Shown here: positions 1-13,955 of the stretch, in pieces
Layout of the letters: every line of letters begins with the position of its first letter
Position numbering within the stretch: the stretch's first letter is position 1
NCBI RefSeq assembly: GCF_018977255.1
Contig: NW_024704742.1
Span: forward strand, 123,258,001-123,322,000
Direction: 5' to 3'
From: Callorhinchus milii
Lineage: Eukaryota
Length of the DNA: 64,000 bases
Notes under the pieces: generated by a model
What the model saw: only the letters and a program-made list of their open reading frames with translations
Database searches by the model: none
Told to the model about the DNA's origin: nothing
Program-made: the position numbers and the translations under genes

Positions 1-358
1 GTTAGAGCACTCGCCTCACAAGTGAGACCACCTGGGTTCGATTCCCAGGCAGGACATAACGTTGGGCAAGTTTCCTTACTCCACACGCCTGTTTACCCAG
101 CAGTAAGTAGGAACCTGGTTGTTAGTCGATTGGCGAATCACTTTTCCGGGGGTAATAAACCCTTCAAAACAAAAACAAATTTAAAAAAATAATAATTTGG
201 TCATTTAGTCACTTCAATCCACGACTGTTTGGGACACTGCTGCTGTGTTTCGGCCACAAAATATGCAGTCAATTCACTTTACAGCATATTCTGTGAAACT
301 CTTTGAGACGTCTTGAAGATGTGATAAGGCGCTATATCAAATGCAAGGATTATTATTA
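1..358 (+). mobile_element. tRNA-derived Deu-domain SINE, long subfamily (cut by window edge)
   Basis: tRNA-like head with B box, extra central segment (gtttacccagcagtaagtaggaacc), Deu-like core, L2-type tail and (tta)n. Confidence 0.85.
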
Positions 359-1799
359 TCCACAGGATATATTTAAGGCACTCTGAGACGCTACCCTGCG
401 TGGAGGGTGCTACATAAAGTGTGAGTTATCATTGTTATAAAGTCATTGTAAAGTGTAATGACTGTGTAATGACCCCCTGTCTGCGGATGATGTCACCAAG
501 GGGGAGCATGTAAAGGTTGAAGAGGAAGGGACCAAGGACAGAGGACCACCACACAAGCCTGATACAAAGTTATTAGGTATTTAATTTGCAATGTGCATTC
601 GAAAAGGGAGCGGAAAGAATTCATTTGTGCTCCTTGGATCCACCTGAGAAGATCGATTGGGTCAGTGATTTCCAAAAGCATCCAGAGAGTATAAAGTCCA
701 GAGGATAAACCTGACAGCTGTGGGGAGATGGTGATTCTACCCACTGGAGGATCTGCCAAGCACCAGGAGCCTGTTTGGCACGAAATCCAGCTTCACAGAG
801 GTTTAAACGTGATCGGATTGCCCCTCGGCATCTGAGCAAAGTTCCAGAGGTTTTGCCTGAGAAGCTGTGAACCTCTCTGATCCTGTGATCAGATGATTAG
901 CCCGTGACCCTTTCTGCAAGGACAGGTTGGTGGGTATCTAAGGCAGTTTAGCTGATAAAGATGTTAATATTTGGATGGGGGGTTTATTGCATATTCAATT
1001 TCTGCAACTGCTTTAGTGAATATCGTAATTTGGACCCCATTTTGATACTACTTGTGTAGATCTGCTTTGTGATGGTGGCACATCTGAGAAGCACTCTAAG
1101 CCCTGTGTGCATCTCGTTGTGGTCACTGGCAAAAATATCCAGTGCGTTCTTTAGGAAATCGTGCATGGTCACAAAAATGGCTCCAATGAGATCTTGTGAT
1201 AGAGGTCCACGACTCTGTGTGACTCTGTTTACAGCTCAGACACCTTTCCCAGAAGCCACCCAGCAGTTATGCTGCTAGACCTGGACTTACCTAGACTAGT
1301 GCGAGTGTTTGGCGGGCGGGGGGATTCTTGATGGCTCCACAGACCAGAATCAGCACTGTTTAGCCAGCACTGATCTAGAGTCTAGACTGTAGACAGCTTC
1401 ACTGTTTACCATGCCCCCCTCCCGCCACCCACTCTCATTTTGGTGTCATCTGCAAATTTTGACACCACCATTCCTATACCTGAATCCAAATCAGTTGCTT
1501 TAGCTGAAATGCATGGATCCTTGCTGGCTATTCAGAGAAGAACCACATCAGTAAAATAGTCACTGTTTTAAAGTGTGTCTGGCTGTTGCAGAAAGCCTCC
1601 CACGATATCACTGGGGGTAGCACCCATACTACAATATAAATGTAGCATGAATAAATACTTTAATACTAAGTTCCTTATTGAACAGAATAAAGCAGTTGGA
1701 ATTTTCTAAGGGGTTGAATCATCTGCCAACATCTTGGCTCACCCATAAAGAATGCAAATTAATTAACAGTAATTCACTGAAGCAGAGAATGGCAGTACA

Positions 1800-2740
1800 G
1801 GTGTCTTAATCGAGGGGATCCGTTCAGCTGTCTCCACCCTCCCAACTGCCACTCCCTCCCCATCTCTCCTCCCACACTCTACCCATCCCTCCCTCCAATC
1901 TTCGAACCTGTCTCCCCCTCCTCTCTCATCACCACCATATCCAGCATGAAACACACCACCTGCTCCCTTGACCTCATCCTCACCCCTCGCCTTACCTCCC
2001 AGCTCCATCTCCTCAACCCTCTATTCTCCAACAACATCAATCTCTCCGTATCATCTGGCATCGTTTCCATCCCCTAAAAACAGTTATAATCACCCCCATC
2101 CTGAAAAAACCTTCCCTGATCCCATCCCTGTTTCTAACTACTGGCCCATCTCCAACCTCCCTTTTCTGTCCAAGGTCCTTGAAAGACTTGTTGCTTCCCA
2201 GCTTCACTCCTTCCAATCCTACCACTCCCTTCACGAGCCCCTCCAATCTCAGCTCTGGTCAAGGTCACAAACGACATTCTGTCCATCTGTGACCAGGGCT
2301 CCCTTTACCTTCTCCTCGACCTCTCTGCTGCCTTCAATACCGTGGACCACTTCATCCTCCTTCACCGCCTCTCCTCTCACCTCAACCTTCAAGGTTCTGT
2401 CTTTGAATGGTTCAGGTCTTATTTCTCCAATTTATCTCCGCCAACAGTTTCGCTTCCAGCCCTTGCACAGTCTTGTGCAGTGTTCCTCAGGGCTCTATCC
2501 TCAGTCCCCTCCTCTTCAATATTTACAATTCTATCTCTCTGCCTCCACCCTCAATTCCAGGACAACTGACATCTGTCAGACATAAAGTCATGGATTAGAG
2601 GAAACTTTCTAGCGCTGAATGTCAGCAAGGCTGAGGCCTTCCTGATTGGCTCGCGCCAGCGCCTCCGCACCTCAGGCACCGGCAGCATTAGCAACCATAG
2701 ATGCACACTCCACCTCACCAAGCCAGTCAGGAACATGTTC
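1800..2740 (+). mobile_element. L2-type LINE ORF2 fragment, degenerate
   Basis: NYWPISNLPFLSKVLERLV, VPQGSILSPLLFNIY and LNVSKAEAFLIGSRQ motifs in shifting frames. Confidence 0.85.
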
Positions 2741-2939
2741 AACCCTCAACAACATTGGTCTTACATCACATTTCATTTACTCAATCTTTACTAAACTAAA
2801 CAACAATCTTTCGCAACTTTTTAAAGCAAATAGAAAACATGTTAACATTACTGAACTCAAAAAATTAACCCACGGTACTGTTTCTTTCAGAAATTCATGT
2901 GTTTCAAGTTCAGCTCTTGGTGTAACACTATCTAAAGAG

Positions 2940-3220
2940 ATGCATCCCAGCAGGACGAAACCTTGGGCAAATTTCCTTGCCCCACATGCCTGATAATAAT
3001 CCCTCAAGAAGAAAAATACAATAATAATATAGTCACTCAATCCACGACTGTTTGTGGGACACTGCTGTGAGCAATTGGCTGCCGCGTTTTGCCCACAAAT
3101 ATACAGTCTTTACAGTATAATTCACTTTACAGTATAATCTGAAGCACTTTGAGACATCTAGAAGACGTGAAAAGCGCTATATCAATTGTAAGGATTATTA
3201 TTATGATTATTATTATTATT
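2940..3220 (+). mobile_element. tRNA-Deu SINE, 5'-truncated
   Basis: aaaccttgggcaa...gactgtttgtgggacactgctgtg...gcgctatatc and (tta)n tail. Confidence 0.85.
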
Positions 3221-3723
3221 TACAGTAACTGCTAAATTGCTGCATGTTTGGCAACTTTGACTAGTTGGGCCAGGTTATTTCAGCCACTCTTTATATTGTA
3301 GTCCAAGTGTATGACAGCAGAGGAATTAAAGGTTTCTACTTGTATACCTTTGTAAACTCATTAACAATGACACAGATGAAACTTACAGAAAATATTTTAA
3401 GACAAGTGAGCATTCTCTAATAATGTCCTTCATTGTGCCTAAACTTGAGATGTTTTCGTGTTCAAATCCATTCACTCCCTGGCACCTCCTTACCTCTCCG
3501 ACCTCGTCACTCCTCATCCTCCACCCGGCACCTCCACTCGACTGGCACCGGCCTCCTGCTCGTCCCTTACACCCTCCAGCCCCACCATCGGAGGTCGCAC
3601 TTTCAGCTACTAATCCCCAAAACTCTGGAACACTCTTCCTTAATCCTTCCGCCTTATAAATATTGTATAGATTCTAAAACTGCTGTACGCTGTCATTTGC
3701 TGTAAGTTAATGCAGCACCAACT

Positions 3724-4369
3724 TGGAGTCCTGTAGCTCAGTGGTTAGAGCGCTCGCCTTGCAAGTGAGATACCGCGGTTCAATTCCAGGCACGGGAAAA
3801 CCTTGGGCAAGTTTCCTTACTCCACACGCCTAATAATAATCCCTCCAAAACAAAACAATAATAAATTGGTCATTTTCAATCCACGACTGTTTGTGGGACA
3901 CTGCTGTGTGCAATTGGTTGCTGTGTTTCGCCCACAAATATACAGTCAATTCACTTTACAGTGTGTTCTGTGAAGCGCTTTGGGACGTCCTCCCGACGTG
4001 AAAAGCGCTATATCAAATGCAAGGATTATTATTATTATTATTATTATATTCTGTGAAGCACTTTGAGAGATCTAGAAGACATGAAAAACGTTATATTAAA
4101 TGCAAGGATTATTATAATTATTACATTTTGTGGAGTCCTGTAGCTCAGTGGTTAGAGCATTCGCCTGGCAATTGAGAGATCTGGGTTCCATTCCCGGCAG
4201 GGCGAAACCTTGGGCAAGTTTGTGGGACACTGCTGTGCGCAATTGGCTTCCGTGTTTTGCCCACAAAATATACAGTCAATTCTCTTTGCAGTATATTCTG
4301 TGAAGCGCTTTGAGACATCTTGAAGATGTGATAAGGCACTATATAAAAAGCAAGGATTAATATTATTAT
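3724..4369 (+). mobile_element. Two tandem tRNA-Deu SINE copies (3724-4047 plus an extra tail; 4131-4369 internally deleted)
   Basis: Both begin tggagtcctgtagctcagtggttagagc (A box) and end in L2-type tails. Confidence 0.9.
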
Positions 4370-4456
4370 ATATTGTTCTTCACGTGGAGTAATATCTTGG
4401 AGAGCTAATATTAACTTTACAGAAAATATCCTGAAATACATTGACGGATCTGCTAT

Positions 4457-4775
4457 ACAACAACAACAAGAAGATTGCACTTGTATAGTGCCTTTCACAT
4501 TGGGATGACGTCCCAAGTCGCTGGACAGTGTACAGCATTTCAGACCCGAGCTGGGGTCGGGGGGGGAGGGGGGGAGGGGAGGGAAAGGGTGGTGGCTGAT
4601 GGCATGGTCGAAGAGGAGGGTCTTGAGGCGGGACTTTAAGGGGGCGATGCGGAGTGATTGGGGGATGGAATTCCAGAGGTTGGGGGCAGAGTGGCTGAAG
4701 GCTCTCCCGCCAATGGTGGAGCAGGTTGGTCGGGGGATGTGGAGCAGGCCAGAGCCGGCTGAGCGGAGGGAACAG
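4457..4775 (-). mobile_element. L2 LINE 3' end
   Basis: (caa)n tail on the + strand, 3' stem-loop, GGRAFSH...LWN-type coding remnant. Confidence 0.85.
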
Positions 4776-5111
4776 GCTATTTATAGTATTGTTTGCACAT
4801 GTCCTTGATAATAAATTTCAAAGATGATCTGTTTTATCCTATAATCTACTATAATTACTACACAGAGCAGTCAATAGTGCCAGGAAGACATTCAATGTTG
4901 AGAAGCATTTTTTAAAAAAAGGAATGAATACTGTGTGTGTGATTTTAAGATCCTTTTCTTAATATTAATCAGCAACTTCAATGAATGGTATGCAATTGGC
5001 TCTAGGGAGGATTAATGTACACATGATCGAAGCATAGAATTTTAAATGACCTGCAATTATTAAATCCATTCACTTATTAATTAGAATTACTGATAAATAA
5101 GAGTAATCTTT

Positions 5112-6660
5112 AACAACAACAAAATTACATTTGTATACCGCCTTTCACGTTGGGAAGAACATCCCAAGGCACTGGACAGTCAGTGTTTCGGACCCGAGCT
5201 GGGGGTCAGGTTTGGGGAGGGTAGAGGGCAGGGTGAGGAAGGAGGGAGATCGAAAGCACGGTCGATGAGGAGAGTCTTGAGATGGGTCTTTAAGGAGGCA
5301 AGGGAGGGGGCGAGGCGGAGGGACTGTGGGATGGAGTTCCAGAGGGTGGGGGCAGAGTGCCTGAAAGCCCAACCGCCAATGGTGGGGCTGGCGAGGCAGG
5401 AGACGTGAAGCAGGATGGAGCCCACTGAGCGGAGGGAGCAGGCAGGTTGATAGAAGGTTAGGAGGTCGCAGAGGTAGGGTAACAAGGCCATGGAGGGCTT
5501 TGAAGGTGAGGACCAGGATCTTGAACTGTATCCTCTGTGTGATGGGAAGCCAGTGGAGTCGGGCGAGGATGGGTGTGATAGTATCATGGAGCCTGGGGCA
5601 AGAGGACACGGGCTGCAGAGTTCTGAATGATCTGCAGCCTATGGAGGGTGGAGTGGGGAGCATGACAAGCAATGAGTTTGCATGGTCAAGCCTGGATATT
5701 ATGAGGATTTCAGCAGCCTGTAGAGTTAGATAGTGTCGGCGCCGGACAATGTTGCGGAGGTGCGGTCAGGCAGAACGTGTCATGGCATGGATGTGGGGTA
5801 GAAAGGATAGTTGAGGCTCAAACAAGACGCCAAGGTTCCAGACTTGCTTAGTAAGGTGGAGTGTGCAACCATGGATGGTGATGCTGTCAGTGCCTGACGT
5901 GTGGATGTGTTGACGGGAGCCAATCAGGAGAGCCTCGGTCTTGCTGAAGTTCAAAAGTTAGCTCTCATCCAGGACTTGATGTCTGACAGACATTCTATCA
6001 GTACAGCAGTGGCCCTGGAGTTGAGGGTGGAGGCAGGGAGGTACAGTTAGGTGTCATCCACATACATGTGGAGTTGACCCCATGTCTGCGGATGATGTCA
6101 CCAAGAGGGAGCATATAGATATTGAAGAGGAGGGGCCCAAGGACAGAGCCCTGAGGAACACCGCACGAGACGGTCCGGGGGCTAGAGGAGAAGCCGTTTG
6201 TGGAGTTGAAATGGAGGCGATGTGAGAAGTATGTTCTGAACCATTCAAGGACAGAGACGTGAAGGCCGAGGTGAGAGGAGAGTTGGTGGATGAGGATAGA
6301 GTGGTCAACGTTATCGAAGGCAGCAAAGAGGTGAAGGAGGATGAGGAGGCAGAGGGAGCTCTGATGGACAGAATGTCATTTGCCACTTTGACCAGGGCTG
6401 TTTCTGTGCTGTGGGCAGCACGGAAACATGATTAGAGGGGTTCGTGAAGGGAGTAGCGAGAGAGGGAGAAGCGAAGCTGGGAAGCAACTATTCTATTCTA
6501 TTCTAGGACCTTGGAAAGGAAGGGGAGGTTCAAGATGGGGAGTAGTTTGAGAGCAAGAATGGATCCAGGGAGGATGATGACAGCCGTTTTTAAAGGGGTG
6601 GGAACGTTGCCAGTGGACAGGGAGAGGTTTATGATGTCTGTGAGTAGAGGGACAAGGAGG
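5112..6660 (-). mobile_element. L2 LINE 3' portion (~1.5 kb), degenerate RT
   Basis: NLPFLSKVLE, NLGVLFEPQLSF, LHWLPITQRIQFKIL and (ttg)n tail. Confidence 0.92.
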
Positions 6661-6664
6661 TGCA

Positions 6665-6905
6665 TTTGATAAAGAACCATGAATTGAATGACTAATTTTA
6701 TTTGGCCAGAACTTCTCTTTTCGAATAGTGCCATGGGATCTTTAATGATCACCTGAGCAGACAGCGGGATCTTATTTTATTATCTCATCCAACTCCCACA
6801 ATGTAACAAACCTGCAGCATTGAACTGAAGTGTCAGCCTAGATTGTGAGTGCAAACTCCATATGTTAGCCTTGAACCCACAACTTTCTGACACAGAGGTG
6901 AGAGC
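6665..6905 (-). mobile_element. Old Deu-domain SINE relic (SacSINE/AmnSINE-like)
   Basis: Reverse complement reads ...tcaggtgatcattaaagatcccatggcactattcgaaaagagaagttctggcc..., the Deu core as I recall it. Confidence 0.6.
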
Positions 6906-9463
6906 CTGATCCAACTGGAAAGGCATAACTCTGATGCAAGCACAATTCAGCTTATTTTCCATGTTTAGATAAACATGTTAAATTGCCTAACTTAAATTTT
7001 TTCCTGAAGACAATATCCAGGTTACGTATCTAATCCCTCACACATTGAAACCTGTAGAAGATCATTTTTTGCCAATAGAGTTTATTATAATTAGGTGTTA
7101 TTAATTTACATTCAGCTGCCCAATTTACCAGCATTCGGTTTAGTAACCATTAAAGCATCTTATCAGGGGGGAAACAAAATATCACTAAGATAACTCAGGG
7201 TAATTATTGTAATTACTAAAAGGTCATTATATTGCCACAATCCAATTTGCGCTTCTTCCAGCATTTATATTCTTAAAATGAACATAAATGTATTTGAGCT
7301 CAATTCAGTCCCTTGCAGGGAGGCAAGTTGTTCTTTCAGAAATTCAGCGCGGACACAATGGCTGAATGGCCTCCTTTTGTGCTGTAACTTCTATCATTCC
7401 ATGATATAATTCAGGCAGCTAATTCAGGCAGCTATAGGGAGAATTGGCTGCAGCTCTCCTTAGGATAGTGGTTGAAAAAAATCAACCAGGGTCTCCTGCT
7501 CCTGATCATTTTCTAGTTACACCCTCACCTCCTCCCTGCTAGAAAATGCTGATGTGCAAATGTCAGATGAGGGCTGGATCCTCAAACAATCCTCAACTGA
7601 AGAGGATCTAGTGTTCATATAGATTGTCTTGATCTGCCCTCCACTAACAAAATGGCAAAGCAGTTTGAAAGCTTCCCAAAAGCACCTCCCTAGCTCTGCT
7701 TTCCTCATACCCACTCCTCTGCTTGCCCCTGCGATAGTTAACTTGGTCTTGCTGCTTGTTCCCCATCCCTCTACACCGCTTTGGTGGCTGACTTTCCAGC
7801 CACTAAGCCCCTAATCTCTGGAACTCCTTCCCTCTACCCCTCCATCTCCCTCCACTATCTGTCTTTAAATGCTGCCTAAAAACCTACTGTCTATGGTCAT
7901 TTCTCCCTCCTCCATCCCCCCTCCCTTCTCCCTGGATCGGCATCCGAGCCTGTCATTGTGAAACGTTCCGAGACGTTATCTTCCCCAAACAATGGAGAGG
8001 TTTTTAAATCAATTTACCACATGTCCTGTGTGATGCAAGAGCAGAGGAAAGTCACACACACTCCATTGCAGCTATCAAAATGTTATAATTTTTTTCCACA
8101 GCTGAGCAAACAAAACTGATGTTTCCTCAAGGACCTGCAGAAAAACAACAAGTCCCATAGAGTATAAATACATTTCAGCTATGAGTACATGTCAGTGGAA
8201 CAAATGGATTAGAACAGGATGTTTATATCATTCAGCACAAGAAACCTGGCAAGAAACAAGCAATGTAAAAACTATATGAGTGTCATTCTACCAAATGTTG
8301 AATATACAGGGATCTTAGACATACTACAAACCTGATCACGGGAACTATAGGCCCTAAATTACAAACTAAGCATTACTTATGTAATTTAAGATTGGTAACC
8401 AATTTGGGGAGTTAATCAGAAAACAAATGTTAAATTTATGCCTGAAATTCCTTGTGAACCTTTTGCACCAGTTTATTGGACTTCCAGTGATCCTGTGAAG
8501 CCACTAAAAAACGGTCTTAGTTTTCCACAAATGTAGGGAGGGTTCTCGATATAAAATGCATAATTTTCCCCCAAACAACAAGAATGTTTGCAACTCTGTA
8601 AAAAAGCATGTTGTGTTGCTGGGGAATGAAAAGGACTTTAGATAAGTTATTGTCCGTACAGGAAATGTAAATGTGCACTTTATTCTATGTGTGTGCTCAC
8701 TAGGTTCACTCACAGTGCATCCCTTACATGTGAGAGATTGGAGACTGGGACATTTAATGCTGTGTGAATGGTGCAGCATAGTTTAAATAAACAATGCAGC
8801 TCAGTTATAATGTGATGTTTTGAATCCATAACATCTCAACTCAGTTGTAGTGAGGCACAATAATGGGTGTGACTACCGATTCACTCCCTGCGTGTCAGTT
8901 GTTCCCATATTAAAAGAAAAATGGCTGAATTCCAGATCATCAGGCATAAGGCCATTTCCTGTTTGCTGTGCATGCGCAATCAGGGATGTATTAATAAAAA
9001 TAATTGTTTTCGCTTGTTCCAATCTTTATAAACTATTTCACCTTTGAGATCCTTTGGGAGCCCTTGATTGTTTCTTGCCTGTGATACAAAACCAAGGGCA
9101 CAGATATGATGGGCCAAATATCAGATGCCTCTGTTTACCTAGCAGTAAGTAGGAACCCAATTGTTAGTCAAGAGATGGATTGCTTTTGGGGGTAATAAAC
9201 CCTCAAAAAAAATTGTAGCTTTATCCACAACTGTTTGTGGGACACTGCTGTGCACAACTGGCTTCCATGTTTCTCCCACAAAAATGCACAGTGAATTCAC
9301 TTTAGAATATATTCTATAAGTGCTTTCAGGCATTTCAACAACATGATAGGTGCCTTATCAAATGCGAGAATTATTTCTTTATTTATTATTTCTAAGGTTC
9401 TACGACTACTGAATTTACTTTATATATACTGCACATATAGATTTAAACCATAAATTTATTTAA

Positions 9464-9715
<252 letters not shown>

Positions 9716-11275
9716 TAATTAATGAATGTCCCATGTAATGTGGTGGTGAGTAACACCGTAAAGAAACATCTGAATCCCAGTCAGGGAGATAGGGGGAGTT
9801 CTACAATTGAAATCAGCACCCTCAGACAAGGATAATTCAGCCAGGTTTCTTCTCCAGATTGACATGCAAAATGATCATCATCTGTGAAAAGGAAACTAAG
9901 TGGCTTAGCTTTATTTTACTCGCTGCTCGTCCTGATGATGACTGATGTACCTTTTTACTGATACAGATAACAGAATTGTTCTGCAGAACATGGTCATAGA
10001 TCCAAATTTACTTAAAAGCCATTATAGCAGTTAATCTCCTTTAGATCTCCGCACCCACCTATAATTGTTACAGCCCTTTTTTACATTGGGTTGGGTCTAA
10101 CTTGTAATCTAAGCTAAGAGTATTGAATGTCTGAAGACGCTGAAATGATCACAGTCACAGAGTGTTCGCTTTTCTCCGGCAGACATGTTGCCTGCAAGTT
10201 AGGAGAGAATATCTTAATGTAAATAAAGAACACTATGCTTGGCAGGACTTGTACATACTTGGACTTTAGTCTGCTGTTTATTATCACTGTTATTTGCCAT
10301 TGATTCCTATTGCTCGATTGAAAAAAATACAGCTGAAGGCAAAATGAAATGTTGTGGGGTGGGAGACATAGAAATGTACAGTGCAGAAGAAGAGCATTCA
10401 GCACATCGTGTCAGTGTTGGCACTTTTAAAGAGCAATTCTTTCATTCCCATTTACTTTTAACAAAATGCAATGTAATATAGAAAATATATTCATTTTGCA
10501 AAGTCAGCAGTGACCTAGTACTGTTGTTCAATTGGATCAGTAAATTGCACAGCAGAGTTTTCAGTATTCCAAGGAATTAATGTGGTTTGCATTCTACATT
10601 CCTAATGTCTCAAATGCCTTAAAGGATTTGATCATGATTTGTTTTCTTGCTGGTAATACTGCTATAATTAGCTAATACACATGGAGTAACATGTAATTCA
10701 ACACATTTCAAATGAATTATTTACCAGTAGGGACTGAAAGGAACTCATCTGCTCCCAGTCTACTGCAGATTGAGAAAGCTCTGCAGATTTGTCTTCTAAC
10801 ATTAACCATGAGGTGGAAGAACAGTGTCAGTGCATTAGAGTGTGACAGAAATAGAGGGGTCTAGTTTATGGCAGTTCTTGACAGAATTGCTTAATAAGAA
10901 ATCTGAGTCAAGCAAATGGGTTCTCTTCCCTTTAACAGGACGACTGTCATATCAAGGAGAAAGTAATTTGTTAGACAACTTTCTCCTCCACTCTCTCAGC
11001 TCCCTCACCTCCTTAGCTTCCTCTACCAGATCCCCAATTGAGCTGTGAGCAGCATTTGGTGAAGTCCTCCTTGAAGGTGCTGAAAAATGAAAGTTTTTGT
11101 TGTGTTTTGTTGTTGCAAAAATATTTATTTATGGTTTTATTTGTTCCACACAGCTCAAACAGAAACAGCGTATAACTAATCTATATCAACACGGATTGGT
11201 TGGGCCAAATGACCTATTTCCATGTCATATCATTCTATGTAATTTCTGGCCAATGCTCAGCACCTCCGAGTCTAA

Positions 11276-11491
<216 letters not shown>

Positions 11492-11649
11492 TAAACCCCA
11501 AGATTGAGCAAAAATTTCACTATATCCTCTCAGAAGCAATGTGGTATCTGTCATAACTTTTGGTTATGATACTTTTGGTTATGCAATAATCCTTTCTTAT
11601 TCAAATGCACAATTTGAGCTATAATGTGACTTTTGCAATTATAGCAATA

Positions 11650-11992
11650 TTGGGGTCGAAAATGCAATGTCCCCAAACCAGGTTTGCTATGTTAATTCTG
11701 ATCTAAGCTGTCTGTAAAGATCAGAACATGCTGAAGGCAGATGTCCATCAGATAGCTGGGTTCCTCAAGCCTTGGCTCTTGCCAACCTGCACCTCTTACT
11801 CTCCGGAATTAGGTAAGCAAGATGCATCCCTCCAGGGTGAAAGTGCACATTTCTTTCCAATAAATATTTTTGGAATTTCCATGCATAGGTGGGATGCATG
11901 GAACTCTGTTTGGTTTGGATACTTTTGAGCATGGTGATGGGTATCTGCATGTGTCAGACACCCATCTGACGAAAACAAATATTCTGACCTAT
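11650..11992 (+). repeat. Unclassified old dispersed repeat, possibly a non-autonomous DNA transposon
   Basis: Homologous to 52650-52895 (+), 14130-14290 (-), 53510-53560 and 57950-58070 via tggtttggata...catggtg...atgtgtcagacac and ctgccaac...tccagaatta blocks. Confidence 0.6.
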
Positions 11993-13360
11993 GAATATCA
12001 GACTGTCAAGTTGCAAATGCCAAATCAGCAAAGTCTGTAAAAAAAAACTGAATATTAAAATACTAACCATTTATTCTAGGCTGGGATTCCAGTGCAATGC
12101 TAAGGAAGTGCTGCAATGTCAGATGACAATGTGCTGCCATCTTACAACCGAGGCCCTGTCCGCCTGATCAGGTGGTCATCAAAGATCACAAGGCAATACT
12201 CAAAAAGGCACTGGGTCTCTACCTAGTACTATATATTCCTTGTGCCACATCAAATGCAAGGATTTCTATTGTTATGTGACTGAATTCTCTGATTGTTTTT
12301 CAAGTTAATTGGATCTTTTCAGTGTATAAAAATAAAGGGATTCAATAGGGTAACTACAGAGAAACTATTTCCTCTGGTGGGGCATAAGCTTAAAATTAGA
12401 GCCAGGTCATTTAGGTGTGAAATCAGGAAGCATTTTGTCACGCAAAGGGCAATGGAAATCTGGAACCATGTCAAGCCTGACAGCTGGCAGAGAACTACTC
12501 TGTTTATGTAAAAATGGGGGGGTGAGGGGGAGAAACATCCAGTAAATTTCTCGTATTACTGGATACAATTCAGAATCCTTCCCAATGCTAGATGCTTATA
12601 CGTCAGGTTCCAAAGCAATTTAAGAACTCCATACAAGCTGGTCTTGGGAGTCAAACCTGTCACATACAATCCATCAGCTGAACAAATGTGTTCCAGCCAT
12701 CATTCCTCTCTGTCAGATTTCTGCAAAACTCCAAATCTCTCCTCAGCATTTGCAACAGATTAAGAACTTTTCGAATAAGATATATACGGAAATCTCATGA
12801 CCATTGCTCTACTCTACCACGGTCTGCTGTAAATCAGTGTGATTCGGAAGTATAGTGATGCTCAAATTCTGGCCCTGACTTGCTGGCTTCTGGGGCCAAA
12901 ACGTGGCCATTTGTTGACATCTCATGTAATTCCTGTACGCACAGGAAGTATCGCTAATCCACTTTCTGTTTACTGGGCATGCACATTTGATGAAAGCACT
13001 GCTGCCATCACTTCACGCAGAAAGTGACATTAGCACACCTCCTGCACGTGGAGCAATATACACGTTGGACGTGACACCAGTGGTGATCTGACGAAGTCGG
13101 CCATTATTTTGCGTGTCATTTACAACATACCAGTTGAGGCTTTAGACCCAGCCGCCCACCTTGGGACATCCTCCCGATGTGAAAGGCTCTATACAAATGT
13201 AATTTGTTGTTGTTGTTATAACATGGTTTTTTCTACACGTAGGAGGGAGGATGCACTTCCCCTAGAATATTCTTCTATAAATTGAACATGATTAGCTTAA
13301 CACAGTGTACAACACATGGATATTTTCAAATGCACAGCAGTGATTTGCCAGCGTCCTTGA

Positions 13361-13552
<192 letters not shown>

Positions 13553-13679
13553 TAGGTTGTATATAAAGCTAGTCAATATTTATAGGAAAGAAACTTTTGA
13601 TAAATATGACCTTAAAGTAGTGTGAGTTACTGTTAATGATTCCTGTGCCCAATGTTATATATAGTCTTTCTATTTATTA

Positions 13680-13955
13680 TCCGATGAGACATTAAACCGA
13701 GGTCTCATTTGCCTGTTAAGGCGGATGTTAAAGACACCATGGTACTACTTGAAAAGAGAAGGGAGTTTTTTCTGGTGTCTGAGCCAACAAATCCCCCAAT
13801 AAAATGGGTCACTCACTTCCCAGCTGTTTATCGGACACTGCTGTGTGCAGATTGGCTGCCCAATTCACCCACAAGGTACACAGTCACTCCATTTTACGGT
13901 AAATTTGAGACATCCCTTTGACATGAAAGGAGCAATATGAAATGTAAGGATTATT
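13680..13955 (+). mobile_element. Old Deu-domain SINE relic
   Basis: gatgagacattaaaccgaggtc...ggatgttaaagacaccatgg...gctgtgtgcagattggctgcc and an L2-like tail. Similar relics at ~12075-12270, ~36990-37260 and ~60550-60870. Confidence 0.7.

Noticed and set aside
560..1280. Non-repetitive-looking stretch with several short ORFs
   Set aside because: No recognisable protein motif or ANKRD55 exon. It could be a decayed retroelement, but I cannot support a call without a search.
3724..3800. tRNA-Ala(TGC)-like sequence with A and B boxes, repeated many times
   Set aside because: It runs into SINE body or other TE sequence and has no Pol III terminator, so these are SINE heads, not tRNA genes.
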